From Myxococcota bacterium (GTDB taxonomy: Bacteria > Myxococcota_A > UBA796 > CAJQPC01), in NCBI GenBank assembly GCA_036012755.1, contig DASCPX010000127.1:32001-96000 (forward strand): a stretch of DNA of 64,000 nucleotides. Direction: 5' to 3'. Within the stretch, counting starts at the first letter, position 1, and each line of letters begins with the position of its first letter. Shown here piece by piece: positions 46,473 through 57,109 of the stretch. The notes beneath the pieces are model-generated. The model was not told where the DNA came from and made no database searches. It was given only the letters and a program-made list of their open reading frames with translations. Position numbers and translations under genes: made by a program.

Positions 46473-47731
46473 CGCTCTCCCTGGTTCTGCTGGTGATCCT
46501 CATCCTGCTGTCCGGTTTCTTCTCCGGAAGCGAGACCGCGCTCTTCAGCCTCCAAGCCATCGACAGGGAGCGCCTGAAGGAGGAAGGCGGAGCGGCGCTG
46601 ACGGTGCTCCGACTGCTGGAGCACCCTCGCAGGACCCTCGCCTCGGTCCTCATGGGCAACGAGCTGGTCAACATCAGCCTGTCCATCGTCTGCGCCGGAC
46701 TGGTCATGTCGGTCTTCCCGGAGCGGCCTTACCTGAACCTGCTGGTCGCGACCCCGTTGCTCATCATCTTCGGCGAGGTCACGCCCAAGACCCTCGCGCT
46801 GCGAAACAACCGGCGCTTCGCGATGTCCATCGCCCGACCCCTGGCGTTGTGGGCGCAGCTCATCACGCCGCTGCGCTGGCTGCTCCAGTCCCTGGCCAAC
46901 CTGGCGATCCGGGTGCTCGGCGGGAGCCAGGCCAGGTCAGAGGACCGGATCGAGGAGGAGGAGGTCCAGCGCCTCATCGAAGAAGCCCACCAGGCCGGGC
47001 AGATCAACGCTCACGAGCACGAGCTCCTGCAGTCCGTGTTCGACTTCGGAGACATGTCCGTCGGGCGCCTCATGACCCCCGCTCCGGACATGGTGCGCTT
47101 CTCGGTCCACACCTCGTTCTCGCGCCTGGTCGAGCAGCTCGCGAAGCGCCGGTTCAGCCGCATCCCGATGTACGAGGGCACCCCCGACAACGTGGTCGGC
47201 ATCCTGCTGGTGAAGGACCTGCTGGCCTACAAGGGCAAGACGCCGCCGTCGCCCAGCGAGCTCCGGAAGCACCTCAAGGGCGCCTGGTTCGTGCCCTCGA
47301 GCAAGCCGGCCGACGACATGCTCCGCGAGTTCCAGGGGCGCCGCGAGCACCTCGCGCTGGTCGTGGACGAGCACGGTGGCATCGACGGGCTCATCACCCT
47401 CGACGACCTCCTCGACGAGCTCGTCGGCCCCAACCTCGACGTCCACGACGATCCGGAGATCAGCGTCGTCCAGCCAGGTCAGTGGACCGTCGCCGGGGGC
47501 ATGGACCTCGAGGATCTCGCCGAGCTCACCGGGGTCTCCCTGCAGCGTGAGGAGGTCCACACCGTCGGAGGTTTCGTCATGGCCGAGCTGGGCGAGGTCC
47601 CCCGCGAAGGCCAGGAGCTCGCGCTGGAGGGCATCCGCATCGTGGTGAAGCAGATGGACGGCCGCCGCATCGCCGAGGTCGAGCTCTGGCGTCTCGGCAC
47701 CCAGGGACAAGAGCAGGCGGCGGGCAAGTGA
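46469..47731 (+). CDS. CNNM/CorB hemolysin-family protein (DUF21-CBS-CorC)
   Basis: FFSGSETALFS, GNELVN, FGEVTPK, SRIPMY, VDEHGG. Confidence 0.93.
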   Translation: MTLSLVLLVILILLSGFFSGSETALFSLQAIDRERLKEEGGAALTVLRLLEHPRRTLASVLMGNELVNISLSIVCAGLVMSVFPERPYLNLLVATPLLIIFGEVTPKTLALRNNRRFAMSIARPLALWAQLITPLRWLLQSLANLAIRVLGGSQARSEDRIEEEEVQRLIEEAHQAGQINAHEHELLQSVFDFGDMSVGRLMTPAPDMVRFSVHTSFSRLVEQLAKRRFSRIPMYEGTPDNVVGILLVKDLLAYKGKTPPSPSELRKHLKGAWFVPSSKPADDMLREFQGRREHLALVVDEHGGIDGLITLDDLLDELVGPNLDVHDDPEISVVQPGQWTVAGGMDLEDLAELTGVSLQREEVHTVGGFVMAELGEVPREGQELALEGIRIVVKQMDGRRIAEVELWRLGTQGQEQAAGK

Positions 47732-48963
47732 GCATCGGCCTCGCCATCGGCATCGTCCTCTGCTGCCTGGTGTCGGAGGGCTTCTTCTCCGGCTCGGAGA
47801 TCGCGGTGGTCAGCGCGGATCGACTCAAGCTGAAAGCCAAGACCGAGGAGGGCTCCCGGGGCGCCCGGACCGTGCTGGCCCTCCTGGAGCGCCCCGAGTT
47901 CCTCCTCGGGACCTGCCTGATGGGCACCAACCTCTCCACCGTCACGGCCTCTACCGCCGCCGCCGCCGCGCTGGTCACCGTATGGCCAGACGCCGGCCAG
48001 GTCGCGGCAGTCGCGCTGTTGTTCCCGCTCATCCTGCTCTTCGGCGAGCTCATCCCCAAGTCGCTGTTCCAGCACTACGCGGACCGCCTCGCGCCGCTGA
48101 TCGGACCGCCCCTTCGCTTGTTCTCGATCCTGTTCTCGCCGGCCCTGTTCCTGATCGAGCGAGCCACGCGGCTCTTGTTCCAACTCACCGGCGGCGAGGG
48201 CGACATCCACCGCACCGCCAGCCGCGAGGACATCATCCTGCTCCTCGAAGCGAGCGACCAGGTGGCGATCGACGAGGAGGATCGTGAGCTCATCCAGCGT
48301 GTCTTCGAGTTCGGTGAGGCCCGCGTGGAAGAGGTCATGGTGCCGCTGATCGAGGTCCAGTCCGTCAGCGACGAGCTCACGGCGCGGGAGGCGATCGCGA
48401 TGATGGTGGAGAGCGGACACTCCCGCATGCCGGTCTACGCCGAGCGGGTCGACAACGTCATCGGCATCGTCCACCACCACGACCTGCTCTACCTGGAGAA
48501 CCTCGACATCCCCGTGGCCGAGATCGCCAGCGCGCCGGTCTTCGTGCCAGAGAGCAAGCGCATCGAGAGCCTCTTCCACGAGTTCCAGAGGGACCGCATA
48601 GGCATCGCGGTCCCGGTCGACGAGTACGGCGGAGCGGTCGGGCTGATCACGGTCGAGGACATCCTCGAAGAGATCGTGGGGGACATCGCGGACGAGCACG
48701 ACGACGACGAGGCCCTCGTCGTGCAGCTACAGGACCGCGTCTGGCTCGCGAGCGCGCGCATCGAGGCGGACGCCCTCGAGGAGGCCACCGGCTTCGAGAT
48801 CCCAGAGGGCGACTACGAGACCCTGGCGGGCTTCGTGCTGCGAAGGCTGGGCCGGGTGCCGGTGAAGGGAGCGCAGGTGCGTGAGGGTCTCTTCCGCCTG
48901 GTCGTCACCGAAGCCAGCGACCGGGCGGTCCTCGAGGTGCGGATAGAGCGCATCGGCGGATAG
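47728..48963 (+). CDS. Second CNNM/CorB hemolysin-family protein
   Basis: FFSGSEIAVVS, FGELIPK, HSRMPVY, VDEYGG, LEEIVGDIADEHD. Confidence 0.93.
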   Translation: MSIGLAIGIVLCCLVSEGFFSGSEIAVVSADRLKLKAKTEEGSRGARTVLALLERPEFLLGTCLMGTNLSTVTASTAAAAALVTVWPDAGQVAAVALLFPLILLFGELIPKSLFQHYADRLAPLIGPPLRLFSILFSPALFLIERATRLLFQLTGGEGDIHRTASREDIILLLEASDQVAIDEEDRELIQRVFEFGEARVEEVMVPLIEVQSVSDELTAREAIAMMVESGHSRMPVYAERVDNVIGIVHHHDLLYLENLDIPVAEIASAPVFVPESKRIESLFHEFQRDRIGIAVPVDEYGGAVGLITVEDILEEIVGDIADEHDDDEALVVQLQDRVWLASARIEADALEEATGFEIPEGDYETLAGFVLRRLGRVPVKGAQVREGLFRLVVTEASDRAVLEVRIERIGG

Positions 48964-48971
48964 GAGCCCCA

Positions 48972-50123
48972 ATGCGCGCCATCGTCCTCCAAGCTGACTG
49001 GGCCCCACGCGAGGGCTTCACCCCGAGCGCCGCGGAGCTCGCGGCGAGAAAGGCCACCGGCTCCGCCGTCTGGAGGAACCCGCGCTTTGTAGCCACGACG
49101 CTGGAGGACCCCACGCCGGGGCCGACCGAGGTCGTCGTCGAGGTGCGGGCCTGCGGGGTCTGCGGCTCCGACACCCACTGCTACGAGACCGACGACGAGG
49201 GCTACATCATCTTCTCCGGTCCGGTCTCGCTCCCGGTGGTGCCAGGGCACGAGTACACGGGTGAGATCGTCGCGGTGGGCTCGGAGGTCCGCGCGCTGCG
49301 CGTGGGGGACCTCGTCGCCGCTGAGGGCATGCTCAACTGCGGGGTCTGCGAGTCCTGCCGGGTGGGAAGACCCAACCAGTGCCCGCACCTCGAGATGGTC
49401 GGCTTCTCCGCGCCGGGCGCCTACGCCGGGTACATCGCTGTGCAGGAGCGCTTCTGCTGGAAGCTCGACGGCCTCGCCGAACACTACGGCGACGCCGAGG
49501 CCGCCTTGCAGATCGGCGCCCTCGTGGAGCCAATCGCCTGCTCGTACAACGGCATCTACGTCGCTGGGAGGGGGCTGCGCCCGGGAGACCACGTGGTCGT
49601 ACACGGCGCGGGGCCGATCGGTCTCGGCGCGATCGCCCTCGCTCGGGCGGGCGGAGCGGCCAGCATCACAGCCTTCGACATCGCCCCGGAACGCGTGGCG
49701 CTGGCAAGGGCATGTGGCGCAGACACCGCCTGGGATCCGCGCGAGGTCGACACCGCCGAGGTGGTGCGAGAGGCCACGCGCGGCTGGGGCGCGGACATCC
49801 AGGTCGAGGCCGCGGGCGCCGCACTCCACACGATGCCGTCCATCGAGGACAGCTTCGCGCCTGGTGGCCAGATGATCTACCTCGGGCGCACCGGTGAACG
49901 AGCGCCCGTCATGCTGGATGTCCTGGTCACCGGGGCTGCCTCGATCACGGGCTCGCGCGGCCACGTGGGCGGGGGCTGCTTCCCGCGGGTGATTCGACTG
50001 CTCGAGCGCGGGCTCCTCGTCGCCGATCCCATGATCACCAGTCGCGTACCCTTCTCGGACTTCATGGAGGCGCTGCGGCGGTCCTGCCTGCGCACGGACG
50101 GCAAGATCATGCTCGTCTACTGA
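48972..50123 (+). CDS. Zn-dependent dehydrogenase, scyllo-inosose 3-dehydrogenase (IolM)-like
   Basis: CGVCGSD, GHE, CxxCxxC-x7-C, GAGPIG; N-terminal ADWAPR...GSAVWRNP and ETDDEGYI insert recall IolM. Confidence 0.75.
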   Translation: MRAIVLQADWAPREGFTPSAAELAARKATGSAVWRNPRFVATTLEDPTPGPTEVVVEVRACGVCGSDTHCYETDDEGYIIFSGPVSLPVVPGHEYTGEIVAVGSEVRALRVGDLVAAEGMLNCGVCESCRVGRPNQCPHLEMVGFSAPGAYAGYIAVQERFCWKLDGLAEHYGDAEAALQIGALVEPIACSYNGIYVAGRGLRPGDHVVVHGAGPIGLGAIALARAGGAASITAFDIAPERVALARACGADTAWDPREVDTAEVVREATRGWGADIQVEAAGAALHTMPSIEDSFAPGGQMIYLGRTGERAPVMLDVLVTGAASITGSRGHVGGGCFPRVIRLLERGLLVADPMITSRVPFSDFMEALRRSCLRTDGKIMLVY

Positions 50124-50201
50124 CTACCCGGTCGCTTTTTCCCAATCAGGGGTAATGCGCGGGCGTGGAGGGTCCGTTGTCTAGAGCAGACGGAGGACTC
50201 G

Positions 50202-50672
50202 ATGTTCACGCTATCCGCCCACCGGCTCGGCCCGGAGGCCCCCATCCCCGATGAACTCCCCGAGTCCTCGCTCGAGTTCATCGACGGCGTGGACCACGGC
50301 ATGGAGCTGCCCAGGTGCGTGCTGAGCGACCACGTCAACCTCCATGGGTGGCGCGAACACCGCGACGCCCTCGCGGGCCCCGCCTTCGATCCTGTCCACC
50401 TCTACCTCCGCAGCACAATCCCGACCGGGGCGATTCGCGGCGAGGAGGAGTGCGTCGCCGCCATCATCAAGGCGCGGCACGACCTCGCCTTCTGGAGCCC
50501 GATGGTCGGACATGGCCTCGGCGGCAGCTTCAGCGGCCACATGCGGGACCTCTACGACGACATCGATCTGCTCGAGCGCTTCCCGCCTCGGCGCCCCATC
50601 CTGCGGGCCCACTGGGAGCAAGCTCGCGCTACCCTGATCGACGCCCTTCCCGCCGCGCACAAGGCCGCCTGA
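50202..50672 (+). CDS. Hypothetical protein
   Basis: GGAGGA RBS, strong codon bias. Confidence 0.7.
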   Translation: MFTLSAHRLGPEAPIPDELPESSLEFIDGVDHGMELPRCVLSDHVNLHGWREHRDALAGPAFDPVHLYLRSTIPTGAIRGEEECVAAIIKARHDLAFWSPMVGHGLGGSFSGHMRDLYDDIDLLERFPPRRPILRAHWEQARATLIDALPAAHKAA

Positions 50673-50758
50673 GATCAGTCTCCAGGGGGGGGCACGCGTT
50701 GACGCCCGAAGCCGTCGCGTGGTACCTCTCCCTGAGTTTCCAGTATCCGAGGAAGGCG

Positions 50759-52541
<1,783 letters not shown>

Positions 52542-52555
<14 letters not shown>

Positions 52556-53366
52556 GCCTGGCGCCGTCCTCTCGGACGGCATCGTCATCGTCCTCGTACA
52601 CCCACTCCATCCCGGCAACGTCGGTGCCGTCGCGCGGGCGATGGCCAACCTCGGCCTGTCCCGCCTCGTCCTCGTCGATCCGCCATGCTTCGACATGGAG
52701 AGGGCTCGCTGGATGTCCTCTGGTGGCCGCGACATCTTGGAGTCCGCTCGCTTCGTCTCCACGGTCGAGGAGGCGGTCGAGGGCTGCACGTGGGCGGTCG
52801 GCGCCACCTCTCGCAAGCGCCGCTGGCAGTGGCCCGTGCTGACCCCCAGGACACTCGCGAGCGCTGCCTTCGAGCGCGACGGGCCCCTAGCTCTGCTCTT
52901 CGGACGCGAGGACCACGGCCTGGACAACGAGTCACTGACCTGGTGCCAGGCGGCCCTGCGCATCCCGACCTCGGGCGAGCCCAGCCTGAACCTGGCCCAG
53001 GCCGTGCTGATGACCTGCTCCGCCCTCTTCAACGCTGCCGTGGACCGGGGTCTCGAGCCAGAGGACAGCGTCGTGCGACAAGGGAGACGCTCGGGAGGCG
53101 GGCCGCTCTCTTCCGTGCCCCTGCCACCGCAGCCCAAGGGGGATCTGCGGGTGCAGCGGCATGTCGTCGACACCGCCGTCGAGCTCCTCTCGGAGACGCC
53201 CTATCTGCTCGGGCGCAACCCAGAGCAGGTCACCATCACGCTCGGTCAGCTGCTCGGGCGCGTGGAGCCCACCAAGGTCGAGCTCGAGATCCTGCTGGGG
53301 ATGCTCAAGAAGACCCGGTGGGCGCTGTCCTCAGTCGCGACGGCGGAGGGCGAGGAACCCGAGTAG
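52542..53366 (+). CDS. trmJ: SPOUT RNA methyltransferase, TrmJ/LasT family
   Basis: PGNVGAVARAMANLG, FGREDHGLDNE, SLNLAQAV. Confidence 0.88.
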
Positions 53367-54620
53367 GGCCAGGCCCAGGGCCGGGGCGACAGGCACGCCA
53401 CAGCCGTTTCGAGGCTCGGCGGGCTGATCCCAGTCGGTACCACCAGGGTCGTCGGTGCCCGGATCAGTGCCTGGGTCCGTGCCTCCGTCCTCGCAGGTGC
53501 CGGGGTCGGTGGCCCAGCCCAGCCCACAGTTCGGGAAGCGATCCTCTAGCTGGCGGTCGTACTCGATGTACCGGATCTGCGTGGTGCTGTAGAGCCCGCT
53601 GGCGTAGAACACGAGGTCCTGGTCGACCGCCTCGGGCCCGTAGCGCATGTGGATGCGGGAGAAGTACGCGTCCCACGCTTCACCCTCCCAGCCGAGCGCC
53701 TGGACGTCCTCGTCGGCGAGGGGGTCGTCGGCGCAGGGGTCACAGCCGCTCGCTGTCCAGCCGTACTCCAGCGCCCAGCCCGGACGCTCGGCGGTGGCCA
53801 GCGCGTTCTTGAAGCGGTCGTCGACGAAGGCGCCGAGGCTGTCCCACTCGCCGAGATCGACCATGCAGCCGGTCTCCACCTCGACCTCCGGGTAGTTCGA
53901 GATGTGGGTCTGGCCGGAGTCCGACAGCATGTAGAGGATCAGGTCCTGCTCGCCGCCGGAGTTGAGCGTGCCGAGACGAATCGGGAGGCTGAAGACGTCG
54001 CTGTCGTAGCCGAACTGGAGCGGAGAGAGGTAGCTGGCTCCCTCGGGCACGTTCGCCAGGTTCACCTTGGCCGCGAAGAACTTCGAGCCCGAGGCGAGGT
54101 ACTCGCCCAGCAGGTCCTCCGCTTCGGTGCCGACCCCGTAGCCGTTGTCGTTGAGCCAGGTGATGAGCGCCGCGCTCTCCTCTGCGGAGAGGATGACGAT
54201 GTCGTACTCGCCGACCGAGAACTCGGCCTCGACCGTGACGCTGTCGTCAGCGTTGCCGCCACCTCCACCCTCGGAGGTCAATCCGCTGTCCATGGCCTCG
54301 GCGTCGTACTCCCACTGGAAGTCCTCGCACTCGTAGCGCACCAGCCGCGGAGCCGAGTAGGCGTCCACCCTGGTGACGACATCGGGCTCGACCACCGCGA
54401 CGTCTTCTGCGCCAAGGACCTCCGGAACAGGCACCACGATGGCGAACTCCGAGGCGTCTCCCTCGAAGTCGTTGACCAGGGTCAGCGTCGTACGCGTACC
54501 CTGCCGGGCCACGGCGATCTGGCTCGCGTTGTTGTAGAGATCCGCGCCGACCTGGCCCACATAGGTGCCACAGAAGGCCTGCGCGTCGTTCGCTCCGAGG
54601 AGCGAAAGGGTGAGCAGCAT
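53331..54620 (-). CDS. DUF2330-family exported protein with MYXO-CTERM-like anchor
   Basis: AQA|FCGTYV, VVPVP, YSAPRLV, LPIRLG, CDPC; C-terminal GCG...LLGFLALRRRD. Start ATG 54620 with GAGGAG. Confidence 0.88.
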   Translation of the reverse strand: MLLTLSLLGANDAQAFCGTYVGQVGADLYNNASQIAVARQGTRTTLTLVNDFEGDASEFAIVVPVPEVLGAEDVAVVEPDVVTRVDAYSAPRLVRYECEDFQWEYDAEAMDSGLTSEGGGGGNADDSVTVEAEFSVGEYDIVILSAEESAALITWLNDNGYGVGTEAEDLLGEYLASGSKFFAAKVNLANVPEGASYLSPLQFGYDSDVFSLPIRLGTLNSGGEQDLILYMLSDSGQTHISNYPEVEVETGCMVDLGEWDSLGAFVDDRFKNALATAERPGWALEYGWTASGCDPCADDPLADEDVQALGWEGEAWDAYFSRIHMRYGPEAVDQDLVFYASGLYSTTQIRYIEYDRQLEDRFPNCGLGWATDPGTCEDGGTDPGTDPGTDDPGGTDWDQPAEPRNGCGVPVAPALGLALLGFLALRRRD

Positions 54621-54656
54621 GATGGACTCCTCACGCCCTGCGAACGCGAGGGTAGC

Positions 54657-54672
54657 GGCAACGCGCACGCCG
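54657..54672 (-). promoter_or_regulatory. Sigma54 promoter candidate for the DUF2330 gene
   Basis: Minus strand CGGCGTGCGCGTTGCC = GG-N10-GC with TTGC. Confidence 0.45.
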
Positions 54673-54693
54673 AGCAAGCGGTATGCTCATGGC

Positions 54694-56073
54694 GTGCTGA
54701 CGTCGGTCCTGTTGGCCTGTGGGAATGACGAGCCGCCAGCCCAGGCCAGGCCGGACATCCTCGTGGTCGTGATGGACACGGTACGAGCAGACCACCTCGG
54801 GGCATACGGCAGCGACAACGCGACCCCGATCTTCGACGCCTTCGCACAGAGCGCGGTCGTCTTCGAGGACGTCACGGGCTCCAGCTGGACCTGGCCGTCG
54901 CACGCATCCCTGTTCACGGGGGAGCCGCCGTGGGTCCACGGCGCCCACTTCACCGACGCAGAGGGGATCGACCTCGCGGAGGGCTGGCTCCACGTGAGCC
55001 CGATGCGAGCGGACCTCCCCACCCTCGCCGAGCGCCTGACCGCGGCGGGCTACCGCACCGTGGCGCTCTCCGGGAACAAGCTGCTCAGCCCGGAGTTCGG
55101 CCTCACGCGAGGCTTCGAGACGGTCGAGGTCTTCTACAACCGCGATGACAAGGTGCTCCAGCGCGCCAACGCAGTCCTCGGCGAGGAGGACCCCCGACCC
55201 CTGTTGTTGTTCGTGAACCTCTACGCCGCGCACGCACCCTGGGAGGCCCGCCAGGACACCCAGTACCTGCGCGAGGAGTTGGCCGGAGCCGAGTGGGCCC
55301 ACCCCTGGGTCGTCCAAGACATGGCGATCGCTCCTCACATGGGCCGCGGAGGCAGCGGTGGCGACCTCGCGGAGATGTGGCTGAACGGCGAGCTGGAGAT
55401 CCCTCCGGAGGGCTGGGACCTCGTCAACCAGCTCTACGACGGCGAGGTCCGGCACGTCGACCGCGAGCTCGGCGCCCTCCTGGGCAGCTGGGCGGGCACG
55501 GGCCACACGGGCGTCGTCGCCGTGACGAGCGACCACGGCGAGTACCTCTCCGAGCGAGACATGATCCTCCACTGCCGGACGCTCTACCCGGAGGTCACGC
55601 GAGTCCCCCTGGCGCTCCGAGCTCAGCCGGAGCTGCCCGCGGCGCTGCGGGTCTCCATGCCCGTGAACCTGCGCGAGCTGCACGACGCCCTGTTGTTGCT
55701 CGCCGGAGTGGAAGACCGGAGCCGGCTCATCGCGAGCGTCCACGGTGAGGCCCGACCCGAGCCGATCACAGCGCGCGCCTGGAGGGACCGCACCTGGGCC
55801 GAGCACATCGGCGGCGTCTACGCGCAGGGCTACAGGCTCTTCCGGGACCAGGACGACGTCCTGATCCTGGCCGATGACGGCACCGCCGAGCTCTACGACC
55901 TGGGCTCCGATCCGGGCATGGGCGCCGACCTCGCGGCGGAGCTTCCCCATCGCGTGACGCGCCTGGCGACAGAAGCAACGGGCGCTTTCCCGGAGAGCGA
56001 GACGGGCCTGCTCCAGGTCGACGAAGCGACCAGGAAGCAGCTGCAACAGATGGGCTACCTCTCGGAGGAGTAG
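54694..56073 (+). CDS. Sulfatase-like lipoprotein
   Basis: (V)LTSVLLAC signal, VVMDTVRADHL, SWTWPSHASLFTG, TSDHGEY, ELYDL..DP. Confidence 0.88.
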   Translation: MLTSVLLACGNDEPPAQARPDILVVVMDTVRADHLGAYGSDNATPIFDAFAQSAVVFEDVTGSSWTWPSHASLFTGEPPWVHGAHFTDAEGIDLAEGWLHVSPMRADLPTLAERLTAAGYRTVALSGNKLLSPEFGLTRGFETVEVFYNRDDKVLQRANAVLGEEDPRPLLLFVNLYAAHAPWEARQDTQYLREELAGAEWAHPWVVQDMAIAPHMGRGGSGGDLAEMWLNGELEIPPEGWDLVNQLYDGEVRHVDRELGALLGSWAGTGHTGVVAVTSDHGEYLSERDMILHCRTLYPEVTRVPLALRAQPELPAALRVSMPVNLRELHDALLLLAGVEDRSRLIASVHGEARPEPITARAWRDRTWAEHIGGVYAQGYRLFRDQDDVLILADDGTAELYDLGSDPGMGADLAAELPHRVTRLATEATGAFPESETGLLQVDEATRKQLQQMGYLSEE

Positions 56074-56074
56074 G

Positions 56075-56607
56075 TCAGCCGACCCAGCCGTCGAAGGTTG
56101 CCTGGGCGGTGAGCAGCTCGCGGTCGATCGCCTCCGTGTCGCAGTCCTCGAAGGCGGGGAGCAGCAGCTGGCGGAGCTCGGCGTTGCCCCCGGCGAGTTG
56201 GCGACTCATGCCCGCGATGAGGACGCGCCGGAAGATGTCGCCGGCGTCACCGACATCTCGCATCAGGGAGTCGAAGCGGTCCCGGGACAGCACGAGCACC
56301 CGGGCCTCGCCCTCGGCCACGCAGGAAGCGCTCCTGAGCCCGCCGCCAGCGAGCGTCATGTGACCGAGCATCGCGGGCGCACGGATCCGCGCCAGGTGGC
56401 GCTCGGCGCCCGAGAGATCGGACTTCTTCACCGCGATGCAGCCCTCACCAGGACCCACATCTCGCCGCCTTCATCGCCCTCTGAGCAGAGGGCCTCGCCA
56501 GGGGCGAAGCCGCGTCCGGGCAGCGCGTCGAGGATCTCGGCGAGGTGACTTGCACCCCCGGAGTCCACGCCTCGCTGGTCAAGCAGGGCCCGAGCCGTCT
56601 CGATCAT
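56075..56607 (-). pseudogene. Cyclic-nucleotide-binding domain protein, frameshifted near 56446
   Basis: MIETARALL...FAPGEALCSEGDEGGEMWVLV continues as EGCIAVKK...LGHM...RSASCVA in another frame; adding one base restores it. Confidence 0.8.
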
Positions 56608-57100
56608 CGAATGGACTCCAGGATTGCGGCCTTCAGATCCTCCGGATCCTCGGCGTGCTCCTCCCACATGGACCGGAGGTTCGCGTTGGTGCGACGGATG
56701 CGCTCCGCCAGCACGCGCACGGTGTGGGCCTGCATCGCGGCGAGCACCCGAGTGCCGCGAGCGTTGGTGAGGAGCTGCTGCGTGATGACCAGGACCTTCG
56801 TGGGCTCGACCGCGAGGACCTTGACCGTGTGGAGCGCGCCAGTGTCGAAGAAGGCTGCCTCTCCCGCGACCTCACCGACACCGTCCGCCCCACCTCGCGA
56901 GTCTCGGTGGCACCGACGACGTGGACCGACAGGCTGCCGCGCACCACGAGGAGTCCCGAGAAGGCCCAGCTACCAGGCTCGAAGACGATCGCCCCGGCGC
57001 TGTACTCGCGCCCGTAGCCGTGCTCGATGAGGCGTTCGAGGTCTTCGACGGGCACGCCCTGCATGGGCTCGAGGGTCTGGAGTTCGGCGACGGTGACCAC
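56604..57100 (-). pseudogene. Cyclic-nucleotide-binding domain protein, frameshifted near 56881
   Basis: YSAGAIVFEPG...LVVRGSLSV...EVGR continues as GVGEVAGEAAFF...LAERIRRTN to TGA at 56604 in another frame; that stop overlaps the next ATG (ATGA). Confidence 0.8.
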
Positions 57101-57109
57101 GGCCCGATC

